A DNA stretch of 64,000 bases from contig CBDBCF010000001.1 in the NCBI GenBank assembly GCA_965202985.1, positions 128,001 to 192,000 of the forward strand. Reading direction: 5' to 3'. The DNA comes from Longimicrobiales bacterium (GTDB lineage Bacteria > Gemmatimonadota > Gemmatimonadetes > Longimicrobiales > Gaopeijiaceae). Positions 9,466 through 18,484 of the stretch are shown one piece after another. The position numbers were made by a program, and so were the translations under genes. How positions within the stretch are numbered: the stretch's first letter is position 1; each line of letters starts with the position of its first letter. Under the pieces are notes generated by a model. The model worked only from the letters and a program-made list of their open reading frames with translations, made no database searches and was not told the origin of the DNA.

Positions 9466-9506
9466 GCAGCTCGTGACTGGTGTCTCCCGCGAGACAGGTG
9501 CTCCTC

Positions 9507-9536
9507 TTGACCAACCCGCCCAATCGGTGCGACAAT
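9507..9536 (+). promoter_or_regulatory. Putative sigma70-type promoter of the DUF262 operon
   Basis: TTGACC-N18-GACAAT with a TGn extension, about 70 nt upstream of ATG 9605. Confidence 0.4.
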
Positions 9537-9604
9537 TGAGCATCCTCCCGCCACGACTGGCGATCTGCCCTGCCACCCGAACTGTCCTCCCAGTTCAAGC
9601 CCGT

Positions 9605-10777
9605 ATGCCTGATTCCGCAATCGATCCTCTGCCGAACGACCCGAACCTCGATAAGGAGCCTAGAGAGGAAGGTGCTGAAGAAGGATACGGTGTGGAGGAA
9701 GAACGGATGGAAGGGGATGCCTCCGAGATCGTTCAGCCGTTCGATCCGACACGAATATCCATTTCCACCAAGACGCCCACTGTCGACTTGGTGATAAAGC
9801 GACTGAAGCATCACGAAATAGAACTAGGCCCTGACTTCCAGCGCAACCCGGGCATATGGGATTCCACTAGGCAAAGCAGGCTGATCGAATCGTTGCTCCT
9901 ACGTATTCCCTTGCCCGTATTCTATATGGCTGCAGATAAAGACAATAGATGGCAGGTTGTCGATGGACTCCAACGCCTGCATTCGATCAAGAGCTTTGTG
10001 CTAGATCGGAATCTCAAGCTTCGTGGCATGGAGTACCTTTCCCAGTTTGAAAGAAACGCCTATGACCACCTCCCTCGGAACATGCAGAGACGAATTGACG
10101 AGACTCAACTTGCCTTTCATATCATTGACGCAGATACTCCTCCCGAAGTGATGTTCAATGTCTTCAAGCGCGTCAACACCGGCGGCAAGCCGCTCACGCG
10201 GCAGGAAATCCGGCATGCCCTCAATCCAGGACCGGCACGTGACTTTGTGAACGAATTGGCCAAGAGTGCCGAGTTTCGGACAGCTACGGACGAGAGCGTC
10301 AGTCCAAAGAGGATGGCCGACCGCGAGTGCGTGTTACGCTTCGTTGCGTTTTATTGTCAAGACTTGACCTCTTACAACGGCAACCTCGACGTATTCCTGG
10401 GCCAAGCCATGGGAATCATCAACTCGGAAATGGACGAACCCGCCAAAAACGACATGCGCAACGCTTTTTTTGCGTCAATGCGGTTGGCCAGAGAACTTTT
10501 CGGCAACAATGCATTCCGCAAGCCCACCAACCGTTCTGGCGGGAGGAGCGTCATCAACAAACCGTTGTTCGAGTGCTTGTCGGTCGCCCTAGCCCACGTC
10601 CCAAGCTCCAAACACGAGAGGCTGATCGAACGAAAGGCTGTCTTGAACGACAACTTGGTCGATCTGATGGAGGATAGACAGTTCTTCGACAGCATTTCGA
10701 TTGGAACACAAACGACCGAGCAGGTCCGCATTAGATTCACTCGCATTGAACAACTCATCAACGAGGTGAACGGATGA
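9605..10777 (+). CDS. DUF262 (ParB/Srx-fold) protein, Menshen NsnA-like
   Basis: PDFQR...W...SRLIESLLLRIPLP, VVDGLQRL, FKRVNTGG motifs. Confidence 0.88.
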   Translation: MPDSAIDPLPNDPNLDKEPREEGAEEGYGVEEERMEGDASEIVQPFDPTRISISTKTPTVDLVIKRLKHHEIELGPDFQRNPGIWDSTRQSRLIESLLLRIPLPVFYMAADKDNRWQVVDGLQRLHSIKSFVLDRNLKLRGMEYLSQFERNAYDHLPRNMQRRIDETQLAFHIIDADTPPEVMFNVFKRVNTGGKPLTRQEIRHALNPGPARDFVNELAKSAEFRTATDESVSPKRMADRECVLRFVAFYCQDLTSYNGNLDVFLGQAMGIINSEMDEPAKNDMRNAFFASMRLARELFGNNAFRKPTNRSGGRSVINKPLFECLSVALAHVPSSKHERLIERKAVLNDNLVDLMEDRQFFDSISIGTQTTEQVRIRFTRIEQLINEVNG

Positions 10778-11877
10778 TCAGCACACTCCGCTTGCGCAAC
10801 TTCAAGTGTTTTGGCGATGAGACCTTCAGCCTGGGCAAGATCACTCTTCTCGCAGGTTTGAACGGAACAGGTAAGAGCAGCGTCATCCAAGGCTTACTGG
10901 CACTTCGCAATTTTGGCAACTCTAACGGAAGCTGGCATGGACCTCTTCTCGACATAGGCTCATTCAGCGATGTGCTTTACAACCGAGCCGAGGACGATCG
11001 GATTGAATTGAGGACGATGTACGAGGGGGACGTCGAACTTTACGGCGATGTCACGCCACACCGGGCGGAGTTCCACGTCGGTGGCCTCTTGTCGGGAGAG
11101 GAGGCCGTCAGGCAGTACTCGCTTCTCCGGAAATCCATGTTCTACTTGTCGGCTGACCGGCTTGGACCGCGCAAGACGTTGCCTTTCAGAGCAGAAGCCG
11201 CTGCGGCCGACACGCCGCTCGGGAAGCGTGGCGACGGCGTCCTTTGGTTCATGGGACAGCACGAAGGAGACCCCGTAGCGCCGGCACTTCGTCATTCAGC
11301 TGCCTCGAGCACGACTCTCTTGGACCAAACTAACGCCTGGCTTGCCGCGGTCAGCCCCGGCGTTGAACTCGTCTACACGTCGGTCCCAGAGGCCGATCTT
11401 GCCGTAGCGGGCTATTCGTTCGAACAGATGTCGGACGTAAGGACCAAGCCGTTTCGGGCGACCAACGTCGGCTTTGGCGTGAGCTACGTCCTGCCGCTCG
11501 TCGTCGCGCTGCTGGCCGCGCAGGACGACGACCTGGTCATCATCGAGAACCCGGAGGCCCATTTGCACCCGGGAGGACAAACGAGGATTGCTGACCTGGC
11601 CGCGAAAGCAGCGGCAGACGGCAGGCAGGTTATACTGGAGACTCATAGCGACCACATCCTTGACGGAATTCGACTAGCCGTTGCGGAACGGATTGTGTCT
11701 GCTGAAGATGTATCGGTCTACTTTTTCCACCGCGATGATGCAGGGGTCGAAGTTGTTTCACCGGAAGTCCGTACGGACGGAACCTTGGATTCGTGGCCCG
11801 ACGGGTTCTTTGATCAGCAGGAAAGGAATCTGGCTCGATTGATAGAACTCCGACGAAGTGGTGGTGACAACAGTTGA
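10774..11877 (+). CDS. ABC/AAA_21 ATPase with DUF3696, Menshen NsnB-like
   Basis: Walker A GLNGTGKS, signature GFGVSYVLP, IENPEAHLHP, ETHSDH, WPDGFFDQ tail; ATGA overlap with the upstream gene. Confidence 0.9.
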   Translation: MISTLRLRNFKCFGDETFSLGKITLLAGLNGTGKSSVIQGLLALRNFGNSNGSWHGPLLDIGSFSDVLYNRAEDDRIELRTMYEGDVELYGDVTPHRAEFHVGGLLSGEEAVRQYSLLRKSMFYLSADRLGPRKTLPFRAEAAAADTPLGKRGDGVLWFMGQHEGDPVAPALRHSAASSTTLLDQTNAWLAAVSPGVELVYTSVPEADLAVAGYSFEQMSDVRTKPFRATNVGFGVSYVLPLVVALLAAQDDDLVIIENPEAHLHPGGQTRIADLAAKAAADGRQVILETHSDHILDGIRLAVAERIVSAEDVSVYFFHRDDAGVEVVSPEVRTDGTLDSWPDGFFDQQERNLARLIELRRSGGDNS

Positions 11878-12833
11878 GGATAGCGTTCAACGAACTATCG
11901 GCCGGGGCACCGGCAGCGTCCCGCCAAGAGGGACGCAAACTGTTGGAGGACATGATCAGAGGTGCACTGGCGATTGCCAATAGCGAGCCGCTTGAACTGA
12001 TAGCAGTCCGTGGATGGGATATGTTTGGCATGTTGATTGGGTCGGAGTACACGGTGTCCGATTGGCTACATGACGGCGATCGCGACCTGATAAAGCTGTT
12101 TTACAAGATCACGAACAAGATTGGGGTAGGAGAACGCATCGACAGTGCCGTGAAGGATCGCTTCTATGTGTCTACGTTTCTTGTTGGAGATCGCAGAAGG
12201 CCGAATCGATCGATCGAAGCGCCTGGCCTAGGGTTGGCGCACTTGCTGGATGGGGTAGCGACGAGTTTGGCATCTGACGAGCAATGGTGCAAATCGGGCA
12301 TTGATCTTTGTCACGTGTGGCTTGACGAAGAGGGACAGGAGCACATAGACGATGTTGAAGTCGTGAACGTATCGCGGCTTGCGAACGCGGAAGCCGCCGC
12401 GAACAGGCTGTACCGACTGTGGCAAGAAGATGCGAGGGATCGACGAGAGGCTATGGCTGGTGTTCGGTCGGTCGCAGGCATGTTTCGACACTTGGCGTTT
12501 GGCATGGACGTGGAGGAACAGTTCAAAGCGCTTGCAGGGGATGCTCGGCGGGTGACTCGGAGCAAGCTGATTGAATTCGATGCTGCGGTTCGCGAATGGC
12601 GCCGGGAAGGGACCACGTTGCCGATGCTGCCGGGGGTGCGGTCAGAGGGAAAGGCGACGATGGATCGGTTTGGTGAGGATCGGGTTTATCGCAATCGACA
12701 TGGAGAGGCGGCGGTTTACAAACTGCATGTAAGCGCCGGGAGCTGTCGGATTCACTTTCGGGTCGAGGCCGCGGAAAAAATGGTCGAGATAGGCTACGTA
12801 GGGAGGCACCTACCGACCAAGAAGTTCCACTAA
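11874..12833 (+). CDS. Putative effector with a C-terminal RelE-like RNase domain, Menshen NsnC-like
   Basis: TTGA-coupled third gene; C-terminus YKLHVSAGSCRIHFRV...VEIGYVGRHLPT resembles the RelE/ParE-fold beta-sheet ending in a His. Confidence 0.6.
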   Translation: MRIAFNELSAGAPAASRQEGRKLLEDMIRGALAIANSEPLELIAVRGWDMFGMLIGSEYTVSDWLHDGDRDLIKLFYKITNKIGVGERIDSAVKDRFYVSTFLVGDRRRPNRSIEAPGLGLAHLLDGVATSLASDEQWCKSGIDLCHVWLDEEGQEHIDDVEVVNVSRLANAEAAANRLYRLWQEDARDRREAMAGVRSVAGMFRHLAFGMDVEEQFKALAGDARRVTRSKLIEFDAAVREWRREGTTLPMLPGVRSEGKATMDRFGEDRVYRNRHGEAAVYKLHVSAGSCRIHFRVEAAEKMVEIGYVGRHLPTKKFH

Positions 12834-12854
12834 CGAGGCCGTCCCCTGCGCCGC

Positions 12855-12880
12855 CTCGAAGCCGTGGGTCTCGAACTTGA
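12855..12880. repeat. 26-bp direct repeat of the DUF499 gene 3' end (other copy 13254-13279)
   Basis: ctcgaagccgtgggtctcgaacttga vs ctcgaagccgtggctctcgaacttga, 25/26 identical; minus strand encodes KFETHGFE vs KFESHGFE. Confidence 0.85.
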
Positions 12881-12951
12881 TCGGGTCGGCGACGATATCG
12901 AGCCTGTCATCCGGAGTAGGCAGACCAATTGAGCGCTACGAGTCGCGGTCG

Positions 12952-13194
12952 TCACGTCTGCGCTGGTTTGTTGTGCGGAGGATCAGGCGCAACGCCGTCC
13001 GCAAGCATCGAAGCGATGAACAACTTCTTGGCCTCTTTGAGATGTTGAAGCGCTTGTTCTGGACTGGCTCCGTGACTCTCGCAACCGGGGAGATCGACTA
13101 CGCGCGCCACATAGCAGACAGACCCGTCCGTACACCGCTCGAGCGTCACTGATACCAAGTAGGGCAGGCTCAAGTAGTGATCAAGACTTTTCAC
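12952..13194 (-). CDS. HicB-family antitoxin-like protein (orphan, N-terminal domain only)
   Basis: YLSLPY...YVARVVDLPGCESHGASPEQALQHLKEA motif; AAGGAG SD before GTG. Confidence 0.8.
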   Translation of the reverse strand: MKSLDHYLSLPYLVSVTLERCTDGSVCYVARVVDLPGCESHGASPEQALQHLKEAKKLFIASMLADGVAPDPPHNKPAQT

Positions 13195-13244
13195 AACTTA
13201 GCTCCTTACCTTGTCGACCGACGGAAAGCGAAATCGCGCAGGCC

Positions 13245-16200
13245 CTATTCCGTCTCGAAGCCGTGGCTCTCGAACTTGAGGACGCGGCAGTTCTCGGTGA
13301 CGGCGCGCACTACGTGGTCCGGCACTCCGCCGGCGTCGTCCGGTCCCTTTTCGGCGAAGCTCGCCTCGATCTCCAGGGTGACCCGCACATCCGAGCCGAT
13401 CAGCCCGGCTAGGTGGGCGATCACTTCCTCGGCCACTTGGCCGGCGTCCCTGCCTGCGCGATCCGGGTCCAGCACGACGGCACCGTGAAAGCGGCGCGGC
13501 TGGGGACGGCGCGACGGCTCGTCTTGGGTACCGTCGTCGGCAGCGGTGTCGGGGGCGGCGGTGCCGTCGGAACCCGGGCGCGGACCCGTGCCGGGTTGCC
13601 CGTCGCTCGCGGGGGGTTGGTCGGGCTTCTCCGCCTCCAGCTGGGCCAACGCGGCTTCCGGCTTCACCACTAGGCCCCGGTCTTCGGCGGTCACGTCCGT
13701 CGCGCTGACGGTCAGGCCCTGGTAGCGCCGGGCGTCCTCGTCCCAGCTCTCGGCGTAGGCGAAGCTCTCGTCGGCCCAGAGCAAGGTGCCCAGGCCCTTC
13801 GCGACCGCTTCGGCGACGACCTCGGGTCCCGCCAGCCGGGGCAGATAGACGTAGGTGGCGAAGTCGTCGATCAGCTGGCGCAGCGGGACGTGGCCTCCGC
13901 GCCAGAGCGGCACGTTGTCCATGTGCGCCCGCAGGATGGTGGCGCCCAGGCGCGGGATCACGTAGTCCTCGTCGGCGATACGGTTGAAAGCGCGGCTGGC
14001 CACGCCGTCCCGGTTCCTCATTTCGGTGGCTCGCCACGTGACTTCGGACGCTGCGTCTGCCTGTTCGGGCACCAGAAGCCACTTGTACACCTCGGGCAGT
14101 CGCGCCTCCACGCCGTCGGCGGCGGCCTTCAGGCTGCGCTCGGCCTGCCGGGCTTGGTGGGGGTCTAGGTTGAGCGACTCCTTGTCCTCCAAGATCGACT
14201 GCCAAGCCAAGTAGTCCCGCACGGCTTCGTCCATGTCCTGCATTCGCACCCGGTCCGCGGCCAGGAAGACCAGCGTGTTGCGGTAGATGCGCGGTCCGCT
14301 CCCCCGGCTTTCCAAGAGGGCGCCGGCGGCGGCTTGCGCCTCGTTGCCCGCTTCCTTGGCGTAGGGGCGGTCGGGGGGCAGCACGACCAGCCGGGCGTCC
14401 CTGTGGTCGGGCACGTCGGCCGCGGAACGGGGAAGCAGGTGCACGCGCGGATGCTTCGACCGGCCGGGGGCCTTGCCGAACTCCTCTTGCAGACGGCGCG
14501 CCAACTCTTCGCCGGCCAGGTGAGGCTCGCGGGCCAGTTCCGTCGCTCGCTGCTGCGCCAGCTTGGCCACCGTGGGCTGGGTGTCGTACCAGTAGCGGCT
14601 GCGGTCCTGGTACAGGTACGTGGCCCGCGAAGCCAAGCGTCGAAGGGCGTCGCCGAAGACGGAGACGGGCTCTCCGGGCATGACGCAGCCCAGGTTCACC
14701 TTGCGGTCGTCGACGCCCCGGTTGGCCGCGGCGGTCAAGGGCGCGGACCCCAGGTAGACGGTGCGCGCCACGCGACGGGCGGCCGCGTGCTTGCCCAGGT
14801 TGGAGAACTCGGCATCCAGCTTGTGCGGCAGCGAAGTGCGGCCGTCCACGTCGGCGTCAATGATCGGCGTCCAGTTGTCGGCCAGGTAGCGCGTCAGCTC
14901 GGGCTGCACGCGGGCGTCGTCCACCGGAACCGTGGACGGCATGATCAAGGGGCTTCGATCGCCGCTCTCCCAAAGGCTGTGGATGACCGACGCCATGAGG
15001 CGCAGGACGCCCCGTGTCCGCTGGAACTTGGCCAGCGACGACCAGTCGGTGTAGAGACGGTCGAAGATCTCCGGGTGGATGGGGTACGCGGCGCGGATGC
15101 GCTTCTCGTAGTCGGCGTCGTGACACCCCGAAGGGAAGTCGGCCTTGTGGCGACGGTAGACCGCGCCGAACCGCCGGGCGGTCAGGTCCCGTGCCTCGCG
15201 CGCCTTGCCGTCCAGCGGCTCGAAGAGTCGCCGGCGCACGATCTCGAACCCTTCCTCGGAGGTCGCGGGCTGCCAGACCGTCGCGACGCGGCCCACCACG
15301 TTGGCCAGCCGGTCCAGCGCGTCGCGTCCCCGGACGCCGCCCACCTCGGCGTCGTCGGCCTGGGAGCCGCCGCTGTCCGTGCCGCCGGAGGCCGACGCGG
15401 GGAGCGACACCACCAGCAGGCAGTCGTCCACGACCTTGGCCGACTCCGTGAGCGCCTGTGCAAAGGTGAACTGCGTCTCGAAGCTGCCGCCCGGCAGGTC
15501 GCTCTTCTCGTGGAGCTGGCGGGCGTAGGCGACCCATTCGTCGATCAGGATCAGCACCGGCCCGTGCTCTTCCAGGAGCGCGCGCAGCCGGTCGCCGGGG
15601 CTGGTGGCCTTCTCGTCGTCCAGGCGCACCTTCTCGAAGGCATCGCGTCCCCCCAACTGCCACGCCAGTTCGCCCCAGAGGGTGCGCACCACGGTCCCGT
15701 CGGGCTTGGTGTCCGGGTTGCCGGGCGACATCCGATTCCCCACCAGCACCACGCGCTTCGCCCGGGGCGGCACCTCCACGCCCGCTTCCTCCAGCAACTC
15801 GCCCACCTCGTCCAGCCCCCGCGGCGCTTCGCCCGACAGCAGGTGGTACAGGGCGAGCATGGAGTGGGTCTTGCCGCCGCCGAAGTTGGTCTGCAGCTGC
15901 ACGACCGGATCGCCGCCCTTGCCGGACGCGCGCTGGACGGCCCCCACCAGCAGCTTGCGCAGGTTGCTGGTCAGGTAGGTGCGCCGAAAAAACGACTCTG
16001 GGTCGCGGTACTCCGGGCTCCCCCCTCCCCGGTGGACCTGCCACAGGTCGGCGGCGAACTCGGCGTGCTGGTACTTGCCGCTGCTCACGTCGTCGTGGGG
16101 CTTGACCACTTCCCGCCACGCTGTCAGCGACGAGGAGGCTCCCGCGACGGGCGAGGCCGCGCTCCTGCGCTCCCGGTTGCGCATCTGCTGGTCCAGCGTC

Positions 16201-16622
16201 TGCCGGAGCAGATCGCCCTTCATTTCCGCGACCTGCTCCGCCTGGGGCGCCGAGACCGCAGCCAGCAGGCGCTCGACCGAATCGATCACGCGGTAGGCGT
16301 CGTCGCTGGAGAACCGCTCCTGGTGCGCCCACTTGTTGCGCCAGTCCCGAAGCTCCTGGACCAGCGAGCGCTCGGACCTGCCCAGCGCGAAGCGGAAGAC
16401 GTCGTTCCAGAACTCCCACATCACCTTGAGCTGCGCGGCCGCGTCCCATTCCGCGACGGGCTTTTCGACGGCCTTCGGATCGCCCATGCGACGCTCTATC
16501 TCACGCATCTGCACGATGCCCTTCGCCACCCGCTCTCGAACCTCGCGCTCCACGAACGGCCCCAGCCCTTGGCGCAGAAGCTCCATCGCCTTCCCTACCC
16601 GCTCGTGATGCGTCAGTGCCAT
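13245..16622 (-). CDS. DUF499 AAA+ ATPase with N-terminal Swt1-like HEPN domain
   Basis: RNKWAH (HEPN RxxxxH), WREVVKPHDDV, EFAADL, LQTNFGGGKTHS Walker A, LILIDE Walker B, AYPIHPE, FQRTRGVLRL. Confidence 0.92.
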   Translation of the reverse strand: MALTHHERVGKAMELLRQGLGPFVEREVRERVAKGIVQMREIERRMGDPKAVEKPVAEWDAAAQLKVMWEFWNDVFRFALGRSERSLVQELRDWRNKWAHQERFSSDDAYRVIDSVERLLAAVSAPQAEQVAEMKGDLLRQTLDQQMRNRERRSAASPVAGASSSLTAWREVVKPHDDVSSGKYQHAEFAADLWQVHRGGGSPEYRDPESFFRRTYLTSNLRKLLVGAVQRASGKGGDPVVQLQTNFGGGKTHSMLALYHLLSGEAPRGLDEVGELLEEAGVEVPPRAKRVVLVGNRMSPGNPDTKPDGTVVRTLWGELAWQLGGRDAFEKVRLDDEKATSPGDRLRALLEEHGPVLILIDEWVAYARQLHEKSDLPGGSFETQFTFAQALTESAKVVDDCLLVVSLPASASGGTDSGGSQADDAEVGGVRGRDALDRLANVVGRVATVWQPATSEEGFEIVRRRLFEPLDGKAREARDLTARRFGAVYRRHKADFPSGCHDADYEKRIRAAYPIHPEIFDRLYTDWSSLAKFQRTRGVLRLMASVIHSLWESGDRSPLIMPSTVPVDDARVQPELTRYLADNWTPIIDADVDGRTSLPHKLDAEFSNLGKHAAARRVARTVYLGSAPLTAAANRGVDDRKVNLGCVMPGEPVSVFGDALRRLASRATYLYQDRSRYWYDTQPTVAKLAQQRATELAREPHLAGEELARRLQEEFGKAPGRSKHPRVHLLPRSAADVPDHRDARLVVLPPDRPYAKEAGNEAQAAAGALLESRGSGPRIYRNTLVFLAADRVRMQDMDEAVRDYLAWQSILEDKESLNLDPHQARQAERSLKAAADGVEARLPEVYKWLLVPEQADAASEVTWRATEMRNRDGVASRAFNRIADEDYVIPRLGATILRAHMDNVPLWRGGHVPLRQLIDDFATYVYLPRLAGPEVVAEAVAKGLGTLLWADESFAYAESWDEDARRYQGLTVSATDVTAEDRGLVVKPEAALAQLEAEKPDQPPASDGQPGTGPRPGSDGTAAPDTAADDGTQDEPSRRPQPRRFHGAVVLDPDRAGRDAGQVAEEVIAHLAGLIGSDVRVTLEIEASFAEKGPDDAGGVPDHVVRAVTENCRVLKFESHGFETE

Positions 16623-16625
16623 GAC

Positions 16626-17108
16626 CTACTTCTCCATGAGTTCGGGGCAGATGAAGTCAATGTGGACGCCGTGTCGGGCCAGCGCTTCTTGATGGTCGCG
16701 CCACCCTGTGTCGGTGGCGTTGACGATCGGAGGCGAGCCCCGGCTGGCAAGCGCGACGGCGACGAACTTGCGGTCGTCTGCGTCGAAGGTGGCCAAGTCG
16801 TCGTTCTCAGGGAACTCGACGAAGCCGCGGGCCTCGTGAGGATGGATCGCGACGAGTTCGCAAAGCGCGGGGTTGTAGCGGTTGGTCCACGCCCACTTGA
16901 CGAAGGCGTGGCCGGCTCCGAGCTGTCCGGTCGGCATCGGGTACTCCTTGAGAATGCGGTCTTGCTTGTCCAGAACCAGCTGTTCTCCCTGGATGATTCG
17001 ATCCATTCGGTCGACGCACGCCGTCACGCAACCTGGGCCGGCCTGCTGCGTCTCTCCGTTGGCGACATGCACCACGTTCGTGTCCATTACCACGGGTGGC
17101 CACCTCAT
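16626..17108 (-). CDS. PIN-domain ribonuclease-like protein
   Basis: VMDTNV...KEY...DADDRKFVAVA...IVNATD acidic-residue pattern; ATGA-coupled to the upstream ATPase. Confidence 0.7.
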   Translation of the reverse strand: MRWPPVVMDTNVVHVANGETQQAGPGCVTACVDRMDRIIQGEQLVLDKQDRILKEYPMPTGQLGAGHAFVKWAWTNRYNPALCELVAIHPHEARGFVEFPENDDLATFDADDRKFVAVALASRGSPPIVNATDTGWRDHQEALARHGVHIDFICPELMEK

Positions 17109-18484
17109 TGATCCTGTGCCTTTCGTCGCTCGGCCGCTCGCGTCATTGCCGCGATCTCGCCGAACTCGTCACCAAAGAAGTCCTGCGGCCAGTTCGTGAT
17201 GTTGCCGAAGACGTCCAGGTCGAGCGTCCGCAGTTCAGACCGCCTGTTTCCCAAATGGCAGAAATAAAGCCCTACATCGTCGGTCGTCACTTCCTCTTCC
17301 GCAATCCTGCGTTGAAGGCGACGAAGAAGATGTTCGCTGTGACTCTCGACGATTATCTGCACCCTTCGCCTTTTCCATGCATCAATCATGATGTCTGCGA
17401 GCCCCGATTGTACCGATGGATGCAAGTGAATCTCGGGCTGTTCGAGTAACACCGTCGATCCTTCGGGAACAAAGAGACAGAGCACGAGGACGGGCAAGAT
17501 CTGGGACACGCCGAATCCAACATCCGTCAAGAGCACCTCCGCCGACCTAGGCGTGCGCTTGACTCTCACTTCGTATAGTTGACTGCCATCTCCAACGGAT
17601 ACGACGCGAAAGTCGTGAATGAGCCGAAGTTCCTTCAACCACTTGGCGACGTACTGCTCCACGGTGAGTTTCTTCATTCTGTACCCTGGCGAGATCTTGG
17701 GATCCCTCTCTCTGGCCGCGAGAATCGCATCGACCACCGCCTCCCCCGCTCGCCCCATGTCCGCCGGTTGCGCCCCCGTCCATGCGTATCGACGCTCGGG
17801 TTGGGCGCGTAGCGGACCAAGATATGCTACTCGATCCAGGCGTTTTTCAAGGGCAAGGGCCAAGTCGGCCAAGAAGCCCGCATTCTGGTAATTGGCACGA
17901 ACCACGTCTGGAAATCCATAGCATTTTTCAGGTCCCGGCAGTGTCTTCGGTCTCCCGACGCTTTTTGCAAAGACAAATTTAGGGTAATCAGGAATCATCG
18001 AACGCAGCTCGTATGCCGTCTTCTTTGATATCCTCCTGTCCATTCTGAATCGCGCTTCGCCGACTTTGTAAGTCATCTCTCGTACGAACGGACGAACTGG
18101 TCCTTTTGCTTCTGCCGCAGCCGTCGAGACCGAGAAGCCCAATGTGCTGCTACTAGCGACGATACGATCTTCGTTCTTGGTGTCCTTGATCACCATGGGG
18201 TCATCGCCTTTCCAGTCCAGCGATATCTCGAGCTCGTCTTCTGAATTGGGCCCATGCAATATGCTTGTGAAGTCTCCGAGATCGATCGGGGTCGACTTGT
18301 CGCCAAAGTGAAACACTAGCCCCCGATCCTGCGAATCCGACGTCTGCTTGAGCAGCAGGATCGCGTGGAGCAGGCTGCTCTTGCCCGAGCTGTTGACTCC
18401 GAAGAAGCCGGTGATGGGGCGGAGCGCCACATCGCCGGTGTCGGCCCACGACTTGAAATTCTTCAGGCGAAGCCTAGTCAGCAT
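17105..18484 (-). CDS. ABC/AAA_21 ATPase with DUF3696
   Basis: GVNSSGKS, YLGPLR, DVGFGVSQILP, LEQPEIHLHP, ESHSEH, NWPQDFFGD. Confidence 0.9.
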   Translation of the reverse strand: MLTRLRLKNFKSWADTGDVALRPITGFFGVNSSGKSSLLHAILLLKQTSDSQDRGLVFHFGDKSTPIDLGDFTSILHGPNSEDELEISLDWKGDDPMVIKDTKNEDRIVASSSTLGFSVSTAAAEAKGPVRPFVREMTYKVGEARFRMDRRISKKTAYELRSMIPDYPKFVFAKSVGRPKTLPGPEKCYGFPDVVRANYQNAGFLADLALALEKRLDRVAYLGPLRAQPERRYAWTGAQPADMGRAGEAVVDAILAARERDPKISPGYRMKKLTVEQYVAKWLKELRLIHDFRVVSVGDGSQLYEVRVKRTPRSAEVLLTDVGFGVSQILPVLVLCLFVPEGSTVLLEQPEIHLHPSVQSGLADIMIDAWKRRRVQIIVESHSEHLLRRLQRRIAEEEVTTDDVGLYFCHLGNRRSELRTLDLDVFGNITNWPQDFFGDEFGEIAAMTRAAERRKAQDQ

